Source: Neoconidiobolus thromboides FSU 785
Taxonomy: Eukaryota; Fungi; Entomophthoromycota
Length of the DNA stretch: 64,000 bases
Assembly: GCA_025603075.1 (NCBI GenBank)
Contig: MU626263.1
Location: forward strand, 62,001 to 126,000
Direction: 5' to 3'
A model generated the notes under the pieces. It had not been told where the DNA came from. It did no database searches and saw only the letters and a program-made list of their open reading frames with translations. Of the stretch, positions 37,710 through 48,873 are shown piece after piece (the first letter of the stretch is position 1; each line of letters starts with the position of its first letter). The position numbers and the translations under genes were made by a program.

Positions 37710-38906
37710 TTAAATACTCGCCATTTCTACTTCGTGAATAAAATCCTTTGTTAATTTCAAAAACTCTTCCCTGTCTTTTTCTGCTTCTTCATGATAATTA
37801 TATGTTTTGTTAAAGTCGACATTCCTTACTAAAGGTGAATGTTGTAGTCGAGTACGAAATAAACGACCATATTTCGCTGGAAATAGTCTCATTAAAGGTT
37901 GAACTAAAAGTGTTGGACGATGTCCAATTGTCCTCTGTTCTAAATAATACTTGATGTACTCTGAATAAATTTTGGAATAGTTTAATTGGCGACTATCACT
38001 GTAAAATTCTGTAGCTATTGCTCTTAAAAAATAGGGTTCATCTAATACTATTATTGAAAATAAAAAATTAGTTAATATACAAAATGACTGCAAAAATAGC
38101 TCACTTTTCCTTCCCAACATCACCCCGTTGAGATTCTCATATTTACTCAAATGTCCTTTAATGTCCTCAATAGTCTTGACCCCACCATTAAGACTAAATT
38201 TAATATTTTTAAATCTTTCCGCTAACTTATAAACTCTCTCATAATTCAATGGAGGAATCGTTCTGTTTTTCTTTGGTGATAATCCTTTTAATAAGCATTT
38301 TCTAGCATGAACAACAATTTCTTTAATATCAGTACCCTTAGTCACCTTATCTACAAAATTGAATATAAACTCTTCAGAGTCTAAATCATCTACTCCCAAT
38401 CGACATTTTATTGTTATAGGTAATTTATCCTCTACAGATTGCTCCATTGAGTTTATGAGTTGAATTACTTTATCACTATCTTTCATTAACATTGCACCAA
38501 AACAACCTGCTTGGACAGCGGTAGAGGGACAACCAAGATTTAAATTAATACCTTGATAATAATTTAAATTGGTAATAATCTTACATGCTTGAGATAATAG
38601 ATCTTTATCTGAGCCTCCTAATTGAATGATGATATTATTATTGTTATTATTCTTTAAGTTTTTATCTGTATTTAACAAAAAATTCAAAGTATTATTTTTA
38701 TACATATTAATGATAGCTCCGCAATGATACATTTCGGTATATAATTGAATGTGTTGATTACCTATTAATTGTAATAGTTTGATAAAATGTGGTGTTGATA
38801 TATCGATCATTGGAGCTACCGAGATCGTCGGTAAACTAGAATATGATTTATTATTCATTAATCGAATTGGGCTTAATTTTAATATAGTCTTTGTTAATTT
38901 ATACAT
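37710..38906 (-). CDS. dusA: tRNA-dihydrouridine synthase, DusA-type
   Basis: VAPMID, QLGGSD, INLNLGCPS, FGAMLM, TIKCRLGVDD, VVHARKCLLKGLSPKKNRTIPPLNYERVY and LNGGV. A probable 57-nt in-frame intron (gtgagc...aatag) is read through in the ORF track. Confidence 0.9.
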   Translation of the reverse strand: MYKLTKTILKLSPIRLMNNKSYSSLPTISVAPMIDISTPHFIKLLQLIGNQHIQLYTEMYHCGAIINMYKNNTLNFLLNTDKNLKNNNNNNIIIQLGGSDKDLLSQACKIITNLNYYQGINLNLGCPSTAVQAGCFGAMLMKDSDKVIQLINSMEQSVEDKLPITIKCRLGVDDLDSEEFIFNFVDKVTKGTDIKEIVVHARKCLLKGLSPKKNRTIPPLNYERVYKLAERFKNIKFSLNGGVKTIEDIKGHLSKYENLNGVMLGRKSELFLQSFCILTNFLFSIIVLDEPYFLRAIATEFYSDSRQLNYSKIYSEYIKYYLEQRTIGHRPTLLVQPLMRLFPAKYGRLFRTRLQHSPLVRNVDFNKTYNYHEEAEKDREEFLKLTKDFIHEVEMASI

Positions 38907-39064
38907 TTTATTTTATTATTTATATTCTATACACTCTATATTATTTATGTTAAGTAAAAGATAAAATGTCTAATACAAATTTTTTGAAAAATATAAAAAA
39001 TAAGCCAATCAAATAAAAATATTTATAAATTTAATTTATTATTTATTAAAATAATAATATTAAA

Positions 39065-40479
39065 TTAAATATTCAATTCTGGATTTAATTCATTAATATT
39101 ATTATAAACTTTATCAACTTTAAGTTTCCAATAAGTTAATTTTTTATCCAATGTTTTTAATTGAACTTGGTCCAAGTATCTTGGCTGAACCCATTCAATT
39201 TCTACTTTACTTCCTACTTGATCAATAGACCCTTTGATTAATTTTAAACTTAATGCTTTCATAATTAAATGTTCTACTTCATGAATAGGTATTCTACATT
39301 CCATACAAATTGATTCAAAAGAGACACTATGACTATCATTATCTTGTTTAAATAAAAATTCCATTAATCCCATTAAGATCATCTTTTGACGTAATATTAC
39401 TTTATGTTGTTCTAATAATGGCTATATAAAATATAAAATATAAAATAATATTAAGTAATTAGTATTATTATTAAACAAATCATCACTATATTAGACTTAC
39501 CTGTTTATGAAAAGTAGCCATTAAAGAATCTAATTTTCCAATTTCACCATTATTAAATACAATTAACAAATTATATAACCACTCATGTTCTCCACTCTTT
39601 AGTACCAAAGAAATAGGATGGGATAACTAAATTAATGTGATAAACATAAGTAAATATAACTTAAAAGGACAATATGATGTTATATAATTACAATAAACTT
39701 ACCAATTCACCAAAATTAAAGATAGTATCACCTAAAAGAGCAGCTAAAGAAAGATCATAAGCTCTAGCTACTTTTTCTTGTTGATTTAAATCTTCAATAT
39801 TAATACAACTTAAATAAAGTAAACAATTATAATAATATTTAGTAAAATCTCCATAAGCCTATAGATATATAACATATTAGTTGTCACTCATAAAAATAAA
39901 TAACGTATAAAAAATAAGTACCTTAAAATATTCCGAAGCTACACGATAATAATGAGCGTGTACGATAGTATCCACTTGAGCTAATTTATCTAATACATCT
40001 TTACTATTTAACACCTTTTCCTTCACGCCATCAATATTATTATTTAATAACATTTGATGAGCAATTTCAATATTAGCTAGAACGAAAGCGTCTTGGGAAG
40101 AAGTGTTGTTAACTTTATTAGCTATACCATTCAAAAAGTTGATTGACTCTTCTTTATTATCAAAGGATTGAGCTATTGAAATGGAAATAATAACAAATTT
40201 TAGCTGATTTAATTTGCCTTGTAAGCCGTCAATATAATTGAAGTAAAAATTCTTTAAGAAATTGGAATCATTGCTGGTTAAACGTACAATCTCTTCAATC
40301 TTTAAGGTTACTTGATGCCACAATCTAAATAAATGGTTAGTTTGAGTTTTAAATGATAATATATAAACTTACTTTCTTTGGGTTAGTTCGCTCAATTGTT
40401 CGAAATGTGGTTTTAATGAATCATCCACTTGATTACAAAGTTCATTTAATTGAAGCACTAAGGGGGATTCTAAAGACAT
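39065..40479 (-). CDS. RPN9: 26S proteasome lid subunit Rpn9 (PSMD13), multi-exon
   Basis: RKLWHQVT, LNQLKFV, HAHYYRVASEY, LLGDTIFNFGEL and EVEHLIMKALSLKLIKGSIDQV...WVQPRYLD. Confidence 0.95.
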
Positions 40480-40674
40480 TGTTTTTAGGTTTATCTTTTT
40501 ATTTTGTTAAAAACTAAATTTTGTTTTTTATCCAACTAAACTTCTAAGCAAAATAAATCGAATTACGTAAGTTTAACAGTTCATTGGTTCAGTGTAAAAG
40601 ATGAAAAATTTATTCTTTTTGATTTAGACAACTTATTTTTATCATTTTTATTATTATTCAATAAACACACAGAA

Positions 40675-41095
40675 ATGGACCCTAACTTTCGACAAAGTTT
40701 TGCATGGAGAGCGGGCTGCTTATTAGGTAATTCACCTTTCATAAACTCTCAATATGTCTAAAAACTAACATAGTCTTGTAGGAGCTAGTGGTGTATTATT
40801 AGGAGCATTTGGGAGTCATGGATTAAAAAAAGTAGTTAATGGTGACTTACAAAAAATAGCAAACTGGAAAACAGCTTCAAATTATCAATTATTACATTCT
40901 GTAGTATTATTAATAATTGGTGTTAGCTCACCAGCTTCTGCGTTAAGCGCAAAATTAATTACTGGCGGCACCCTCGGTTTCTCGGGTTCTATTTATCTTT
41001 TAACTTTAAATCCAGTTGCTTTTAAACTCCTTGGCCCAGTTACTCCATTAGGTGGTCTGTCCATGATTGCCGGTTGGGTTTCTTTATTGTTTTAA
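40675..41095 (+). CDS. TMEM256: DUF423/TMEM256 small membrane protein, 2 exons
   Basis: GASGVLLGAFGSHGL, WKTASNYQLLHS, FSGSIYLL and LGPVTPLGGLSMIAGW. Confidence 0.93.
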
Positions 41096-41239
41096 TAAAG
41101 GAGAAATAAAGTAAATCATAGTAAGTAGTATTAGAAAATAAATGATATATATGAATATCTATTTGATTTTATTAAATTGAAACCAAACACAAGCCAATAA
41201 TTCCCGATAAAATACCAGTTATTAAACTAGAAATGAAAT

Positions 41240-42399
41240 TTACCTAAAATCATTATTATAAGCTATAACTATTATGAACAAATAAATCTTTACCATATTA
41301 TTGTCTAATACTTCATAGCCTGAAATAAGCTGAGTTGCTTTGTCTTTTTTATCCACAATTTTAGTATTAATAACTTTCAATTTTTTAGTATCATAGTAAG
41401 TAGCTTGCAAGGTAGCTCCTAGTAGAGAATCCAACTAAAATAAAAATAATCGATATCAACATTAATCTCCTTAATAATATAATAATAGTAATCAAAGCTC
41501 ACCATTGATCCAAATAAACCAGCAAAAGTAGTGATACCAATCAATTGTAATTTAAATCCACATTGTGGATATTGATAACTTAAACTTAATGCAGCTACTA
41601 AACCCATTACTTGTCCCCCCATTAAAGAAGCTAACGTACCTATCAATGAGATACCTCCATTGGTTCCTGGCGGTACCTTATTTCAATTGATTTAGTAATA
41701 ATTATAAATAATAAATTAAATTACTTGTTGAAAAGTAGTGATTAAGTAAGGCCAGTCTGAATTTAAAATACCTAACTCACTTGCCCACTAAAATAAAGAG
41801 ATTAGTATCATCAGTCTAATTATTAATATCCAGTCCTACTGTATCTCCGCAGCAACAGGCGTAATGGCTAATAATATTATATATAAAACACTATCATCAA
41901 TATACTAACAAATATTAAACTCACCCAATGAAAGCAAAGGTTAAAAAAGTGGCAAAGTTAGCACTTGATAAGCATAGTATATTTGAGATGGTAGTTGAAT
42001 TATAATTATAAATATAAAGTATAGAATAGATTGAAGGTACCAATCCATTACAAAATACTTGAATATAATTCCTTTGTCCACCTAATTTGACTTCTTTTTC
42101 TAAATTTGCTTTTTTTTCGTGTTGGAACTATATGGATTATTAGTTGATATTTTTGTTACATTTAGATTATTATAGCATGTGATCTTTAGTTTCTACTATT
42201 TAAATTAAATTACCTTTGTTAACATAGAACTCGTAATAAAAAAGGACAATAAAATTAAGGTAAATGATAATTGTTGATTTAAAAAAGTGGCATAACCTAC
42301 TAACACTGAAGCTGCCATACCAGAAGTTGATAATGATTTTTTTCGTATACTATAGACGATGATTAATCCCATTAACAAACTTGATTGTATTATATTCAT
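41240..42399 (-). CDS. TMEM19: DUF92/TMEM19 family membrane protein, multi-exon
   Basis: [50 protein letters not shown] and [13 protein letters not shown]. Confidence 0.92.
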
Positions 42400-42552
42400 T
42401 TTCGATTTTTCTAGATTTTGATATAAATTGAGGAATTAAGACTTTTTAAAGTTTCTTAACTTTTTGATTGTTTTGTTCATGTCATTAAAAAATCGAGTTT
42501 TTTATATGCAAAAAGAAATTCTCTATCATTTTAAACTTAATAATAACACTAA

Positions 42553-42642
42553 GGATGAATTTTTCTGTTTAAGAATTTTACTACAATCTTTCCACTCAAA
42601 TAGCGCTTAAAAAATGGAAAAATGATGAAAAAAAACAGCCCC
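42553..42642 (+). mobile_element. ~97-bp MITE-like repeat, copy 12
   Basis: ggatgaatttttctgtttaagaattttactacaatctttccactcaaatagcgcttaaaaaatggaaaaatgatgaaaaaaaacagcccc|at. Confidence 0.85.
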
Positions 42643-42654
42643 ATTGATATTATT

Positions 42655-42730
42655 ATAGATTCTGTTTAGAAGTCTCAGTGGATTTTTGAATCATTATATA
42701 AATTCACTGAGACTTCTAAACAGAATCTAT
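42655..42730. repeat. Perfect 26-bp inverted repeat with a 24-nt spacer
   Basis: ATAGATTCTGTTTAGAAGTCTCAGTG (42655-42680) and CACTGAGACTTCTAAACAGAATCTAT (42705-42730). Confidence 0.95.
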
Positions 42731-43339
42731 CATATAATATAGCCTAAATGATTCATAAAGTTTGAATTAAACTTAAATAACTTTAATACAATACTTTGTT
42801 AAAAACTACTAATTATTAATCTTCACAACATTGTCTCAAACCCCTAAAAATTATAGTAAAATCTACTGTCATTTACTAGATCTCAAAGGTATTTCTAAAG
42901 TAATCCTCCTTTTTAGAAATTTTTTAACTTTAAGGATGTAAGATGGCAATGAGTGAATCTTTTCGTATTAAAACACTCTGTTTTTAGATGTCAAAAACAT
43001 TCCCTGTTGCAACCAATGACCCTTTTATTTATTACTAAAAAAGCAGATTACTTTAGAAATAGCCTTATAATCTAATCACATTCAAATTTTTAGCATCACT
43101 CTAGAAATTTACTATTGAGAAAAATTCAGCTTTCAAAATAGTCAAATGAATTACCATCATTTGGTTTGCCTATTTTAAAAAATTCAAAACTTTGGATTTT
43201 CTTTAAATTAAAAGCAGATGAATCGTTTGATCATTTAATAATAGAAAAATAATAATTACATATAAAAAAGCTCAGAAAGTATAAAAGAGTGCCCAATGGC
43301 CCTATTGAAACTTAAAATACAATATAACTAGACTAAATA

Positions 43340-44818
43340 ATGAAACAACATTTACTATTATTAACTGTAATTTACCAAACTATTTGCTTAAGTGTTTACC
43401 CAACCTCCAATAGCAATAATCAACTTCAACAATGTCTTAATGCAAATATAAAAAATGGGAAACGATTACATTTCCCAGGAGAAGAGTTATATGATAAAGG
43501 ACTATCACATTGGAACACATATTTAAAAACAAAACAATTAGACGTTATTACTTCACCATTAGATGAAACTGAGGTAATCAAAACCATTGAATGTGCTAAT
43601 CAATTCAATAAAACAGTCTCAATAAAGAGTGGAGGACATTCTTATGAAGGATATTGGATGGGTAATGATCATGGAATATTAATTGATTTAAAATATATGG
43701 ATGAAGTGAAAATTGATACAGTTAAAAAAACAGTTCGTGTTGGAGGTGGTACTTTATTAGGCCCTTTAATGGCCAAATTATGGAAAAAAGATAAAGGTGC
43801 TTTACCTCATGGTTTACAACAGCAAATTGGTATTGGTGGTCATACCTTAGGTGGAGGTTATGGTTTATTATCTCGTAAATATGGCTTATTAATGGATAGA
43901 GTAATTGAAATGGATGTTATCTTAAATAATGGTAAAAAAGTAGTAGCAAATAAAGACCAGAATAGTGATTTATTCTTTGCTTTAAGAGGTGCTGGCGGTG
44001 GTAGCTTTGGTGTAGTAACTTCGTTTACTTTTTCTTATATTAACCCCGCCCCTACCCTTAAAGTAGCTCGACTTAAATGGACTGCTGGTACTAATAATTT
44101 TACCAGTATCTTCAACTCAATTATGCAATATTACAGCTCCAACCCAGATCGTGGCGCAACAATGTATGTTAATTTTGGAGCTAAAGGAAGTATCATTATG
44201 GGAGCTACCTTTTCATGCGATACAACGGAAGAACAAAATGAAGCTTATAAGGCAATGATGAATGTACTAGAACCACCTACTAAAGTAGATACAAGAAATC
44301 TTAACTTTATTGATTCATTCTTATTTTATTCTGGATTGGGTGGGGAACCAGATAGTGTTACTTTAAATGATTTAGAGATGACTAAACCAGAACCTTATGA
44401 GAGATATTTCAAAGGGAAATCTGGTTACTTTATCAAAGCTCCACCTAAAGCTGTTGTCGATAAGTTAGGGGAACTATTAGTTAATCATAAACGAGTTGGG
44501 TTCTTTTTATTAATTGATTTGCAAGGTGGTGCTATCAGAGATACAGCTGATGAAGCTACTAGCTTCGATCATAGAAATACACTAGCTTCTGCTCAAATCG
44601 CTGCTACTTCAGAAGATGGTGTAGAGCTAATGAACTCAGTTTATAAATTATTAGAGCCTTATATGCCACAAGCCTATCAAAATTATATTGATAGAGAAGA
44701 AAAGGATTGGACAACTAAGTACTATGGTAATTCAATTGACAAATTAATACTTATTAAAAACAAGTACGATGAAAAAAATATGTTTAGTTTCGAAAGATCT
44801 ATTCCGCTATTGAAATAA
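43340..44818 (+). CDS. Secreted FAD-linked oxidase, berberine-bridge-enzyme-like (AA7-type), intronless
   Basis: Signal peptide; KSGGHSYEG flavinylation His; GIGGHTLGGGYG; LFFALRGAGGGSFGVVT; BBE C-terminal AYQNYID...YYG...L...K.KYD..N.F. Confidence 0.95.
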   Translation: MKQHLLLLTVIYQTICLSVYPTSNSNNQLQQCLNANIKNGKRLHFPGEELYDKGLSHWNTYLKTKQLDVITSPLDETEVIKTIECANQFNKTVSIKSGGHSYEGYWMGNDHGILIDLKYMDEVKIDTVKKTVRVGGGTLLGPLMAKLWKKDKGALPHGLQQQIGIGGHTLGGGYGLLSRKYGLLMDRVIEMDVILNNGKKVVANKDQNSDLFFALRGAGGGSFGVVTSFTFSYINPAPTLKVARLKWTAGTNNFTSIFNSIMQYYSSNPDRGATMYVNFGAKGSIIMGATFSCDTTEEQNEAYKAMMNVLEPPTKVDTRNLNFIDSFLFYSGLGGEPDSVTLNDLEMTKPEPYERYFKGKSGYFIKAPPKAVVDKLGELLVNHKRVGFFLLIDLQGGAIRDTADEATSFDHRNTLASAQIAATSEDGVELMNSVYKLLEPYMPQAYQNYIDREEKDWTTKYYGNSIDKLILIKNKYDEKNMFSFERSIPLLK

Positions 44819-44867
44819 ATAAATCATAGTGTATCATTTAATTTTTAAATTGGTATATTTTGTATAT

Positions 44868-44957
44868 GGGCGTTTTTTTTTGTCTAATCTTTTTTTCTAT
44901 TTTTTAAGCGCTATTTGGGTAGAAAAATTGCTAGTAAAATTCTTAAAAAACCATCTC
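44868..44957 (-). mobile_element. ~97-bp MITE-like repeat, copy 13
   Basis: atat|gggcgttttttttt...ttttaagcgctatttgggtagaaaaattgctagtaaaattctt. Confidence 0.78.
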
Positions 44958-45158
44958 TATATTATTTTCAAGAGATCATTCACTTATACTGCTATAAACA
45001 AATTGCGTTTATTTTTTTGCTATACTTAAAGTTTATTGTTATTTAATTTATACTTTTCCTGTTCAACATAACAAATTAATAAATTAGTGCTTATTTTTGG
45101 TTATAATGAAAATATATATAATACTAAAAGATCAATTTCATAATATAAATAAGTATAC

Positions 45159-45256
45159 GGGGTGCGTTTTTTTAGCTTCATTATTTTTTACATCTTTTAA
45201 GCGCTATTTAAGCAGAAGATCGTTAGTAAAACTCTTGAACAAAAAAACACATCCCC
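45159..45256 (-). mobile_element. ~97-bp MITE-like repeat, copy 14
   Basis: ggggtgcgttttttt...aagcgctatttaagcagaagatcgttagtaaaactcttgaacaaaaaaacacatcccc|ata. Confidence 0.85.
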
Positions 45257-45298
45257 ATACTGTATTTGATTTTTTTTACAAAGCTTGAAGCACTATAT

Positions 45299-45393
45299 GG
45301 GGATGAATTTTTCTGTTCAAGAATTTTACAACAATCTTTCTGTTCGAATAACACTTAAAAGATGGAAAAAGTAACGAAACCAAAATCATCCTC
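45299..45393 (+). mobile_element. ~97-bp MITE-like repeat, copy 15 (inverted partner of copy 14)
   Basis: atat|ggggatgaatttttctgttcaagaattttac..., 42 bp from copy 14. Confidence 0.83.
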
Positions 45394-45978
45394 ATATGAT
45401 TTAATTTATTGTATTATCCTATAATTTTATATATGCTGAGAGTTTTGTATAATATTTAATAAATTTCTTTAGTATTTTGTTTGAAAATTAATGAAATTTA
45501 CTTAGATAACAATACAGAATCTACTGATTTAACTTTGAAAATCAATAAACAGCTAAACATTTACTCTAATATAAAAAATTATATTTGAACTTATTTGAAT
45601 TAGCCAAAAAAGATTTGAACTACAAAGCGCATGCACATAGAGTTCTCATCTCGGCTATGTACACGCTCTAAAGGAAATTAGAGCTAAAAGCCAATCTTCC
45701 AATAGGTTCATACTACTGACTACCTGCACATAATGTTCTTGCCTTAGCTTGTAAGATTATAGATAGGCCTAAATAGCTCAGATCTCGATGGCCTAAACCG
45801 TATCTAAATTTGAGAAAGTATCCTAGCCTTTGGATTTAGTTATTTTATTTGCTCAATTTAAAATGAAAATGATCATGATAGTGTATCGTGTGCTTGGGGG
45901 TCTTCCGCTTGTTTTTGCCATACTAAAAATATTTCTTAGCAAACCTCGGCTAAAATCAGTATAATGCTAAAAAAATAC

Positions 45979-46073
45979 GGGGATGTATTTTTTTGTTTAA
46001 GAACTTTACTAACAATCTTTCCGCTCAAATAGCGCTTGAAAAATGGAGATAATGAAACTAAAAGAAACATCCC
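45979..46073 (+). mobile_element. ~97-bp MITE-like repeat, copy 16
   Basis: ggggatgtatttttttgtttaagaactttactaacaatctttccgctcaaatagcgcttgaaaaatgg...aaacatccc. Confidence 0.88.
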
Positions 46074-46520
46074 GATATTATAATCTTATGAAAATAAAGT
46101 TTTGACTAACTTTTAAATATAACCTACAGCATAATGTTACTTTTATTGACCTTTAACTAAGGTTAGGAAGTTTAAACATTTTGCTGAAATTTTATTGCAA
46201 TTTAATTTGCAATTTTCTAAAGCCAAATTATCTGGTTATTTAGTTTTAAAGTTCAATAAATCTTAATCTAACTTTAGCTAAAATCTCATTTCTAAAGAAA
46301 TAGCAAATCAAATTTTAATAATGCTGCAACAGCTGAATTTTTGTTTTTAGTTATTAAAAATATTAAATTATTGATTTGATTTTTTCAATATAATTGTAAT
46401 AAATTAAAAATGTTGTATAATTGATATTTATTATGATTTAATTAATGCATCATAGAAAATATTTTATATTATTTCTATTTATTCTATAATATAAAAAATA
46501 GTGCAAGGTTTTAAATATAT

Positions 46521-46610
46521 GAGTGGAAAGATTGTTAGTAAAATCCTTAAAATACATTCTCAAGTAGCGTTTAAAAATGGAAAAAGTGATGAAATTAAAA
46601 AAACATCTTC
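46521..46610. mobile_element. Rearranged MITE-like copy 17: left half reversed, right half forward
   Basis: gagtggaaagattgttagtaaaatccttaaaatacat (reverse of the left half) joined to tcaagtagcgtttaaaaatggaaaaagtgatgaaattaaaaaaacatc (forward right half). Confidence 0.75.
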
Positions 46611-47873
46611 ATAGAAATTTATTTTCACTATTATTTTAGATTTGACTTTAGTTGATCAGTTTAAGCCTAACATTTGTATTATTTGCTTATAAAATTTCAA
46701 TATATAAATAAAATATCGTAATGACTATTCATAAAACTATCTTTTTAACTTTAACATATAAAATTAGTTGATTTGCGTTAAAATTTACAATCGAAAATAA
46801 AATATAAAATTTATTTAATGTAATAGACCTTAGTAAAAAAATTATTACAGCCTTAACTTAAATATTAAATTGGTTAGCTTTAATCAATATTTTTTCAAAA
46901 AGCAATATGTTTGTACCAGTGTTTGTTATGAAAAATAAAACAAAATAAGCATAATATTAATAGCTTTTATAAAAATTAAATAGCGTGATTTAAAATAAAA
47001 ATCATAATAATAGTATTAAAAAACTTTACTAAAAAGCTTTGACTTATTTTTAACTAAATAAAGTGGAAAAAGGAAAGTAAAACCCCTTATCCTAAAAAAG
47101 CTATAGTTTTGGTATTCTAATATTTTATTAGTGATGATATAAAGTTAGCTTATTAGCTAAAATATTTTAAAACGTAAAGGACAAAAGTCAGATCAAGTTT
47201 CTTATTGAGGGTAATTTTATAAAAGATGGTACAAAGTATTAAAATTTTTGTTAACCAGCATTAATTTTACATCAATGTTCTTTGCTGATTGACTATGGCT
47301 TTTTTAAAACTTCATAGGGAAATATTGTAACTTTTTTTCAACTTTGACTCTGTATACCTAAAACGACCAGTTCGTCTTTTAAGCATTTTTTCTTAAGTTG
47401 AGATTTTATGTAATCTATAAGACAAAAATAGTTTATCATATTCAAGTATACTATTGTTGTATCAACGTTATTTAAATCTAAACATCTAGATTTATTATTA
47501 ATCAAGAATAATTGCATATTTTGGGTGAGAGTATTATGACTAAATAGCATCTAATAGCATGTATTCAACAGGATGCAAACAATAGTTTATGCTCTGTATT
47601 TAAGTAGCTAATAAAAAATAAAAAAATATTAAATACAAAATGACTACTGATAATTTGATTTTTATACATAGGTAAATTTAAAGAACTTATTAAAAACTAG
47701 ATATTTTTGATTTAATTTAGGTTTATTATTAAATCCACAATCAACAATAAGCAAAAAAGTCAAAATTTCATACAACTTGCTCCAAATTTATAACTTTTGC
47801 AGTAATTAAATCTAGACAAAAATTGAACTTTGGATTAGTTTGAACCTATTTTTGACATTAATCAGAGTAATCT

Positions 47874-48873
47874 ATGGACAATACCGACTTTGATGAAACA
47901 GATTTATACCCTTCAAGTTCCAAGAGTTTTATCAATAAGCCCAAAGCTGTCTTAGAAACGAACAATTATGAGAAGCTAACATTTAAACTAAAATTAAGGT
48001 TTCAATCTGGAAAAGATTTGGAAATTACAATCAATGGTATAAATAACACTTTTAAAAATATTAAAGACTTGGTATTATTTTTCTTATCCATTATATTAAT
48101 TACAGATTAATCTTTTATTTAGGCGTCAAAAAAAATACATGTAGAAGACTCACGTTATATACGCTTAATTTACCAAGGAAAAATACTAAAGGAAGATAAT
48201 AACGTTTTTGAACTGATTGAAAAAGTGAACAAGGAACAAGATATCGCCACAGAATCTATTTCAAGCCATCTAAAATACGGAAGCACTGATCATCCTATTC
48301 CATTGATGTATCAAAGCAACCACGGTTTTATAGGCTCTTTAAACTCGCCAATAGTAATCCAAGCTATGATTTTAGAATCCTTACCAAATAATGAAGAGCC
48401 CGAGGTAATGGTTATAACAATTGAATAATAATAAACCTAATGTTATCAGTTAAAACAAATTGTACCATCTACCGGATTTGATAGGTTGAGAGAGGCTGGT
48501 TTTTCAGAACAAGATATTCATCAGCTTCGACAACAATTTCAAATGGCACATAATATTGACGGTACTACTAACGATCCTGAAGAACAAGATAGAAATCGAA
48601 GGCTTGAGGAAGCTTGGATTGATAATACAAACCAAACGTTACCAGATGGTATTGCTATTGGTTGCTATTATCAAATGGTTCAAGGAATGGTATTGGGTTT
48701 CTTTGGTTCCTTCATAGCAGTTGTTTTTATTAGTGATAAAATGTTCACTAGATATCAACAGTTAGGTAAGGTTTTGTTTGAATTTTGAATTATTTGAGCT
48801 AAACTGTTTTTAAGGGCTTGCGTTCGGATTTTTAATTAATATTGGATTTGGATGTATTTTGGCCATTCAATAG
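47874..48873 (+). CDS. DSC3: DSC E3 ligase complex subunit Dsc3 (DUF2407 UBL plus C-terminal TM), multi-exon
   Basis: UBL LRF..GKDL...IRLIYQGKILK; GFDRLREAGFSEQDIHQLRQQF; LEEAWID; GMVLGFF. Confidence 0.9.

Noticed and set aside
47338-47550. 70-aa minus-strand ORF upstream of DSC3
   Set aside because: No ATG-supported start or recognisable domain; within chance expectation.
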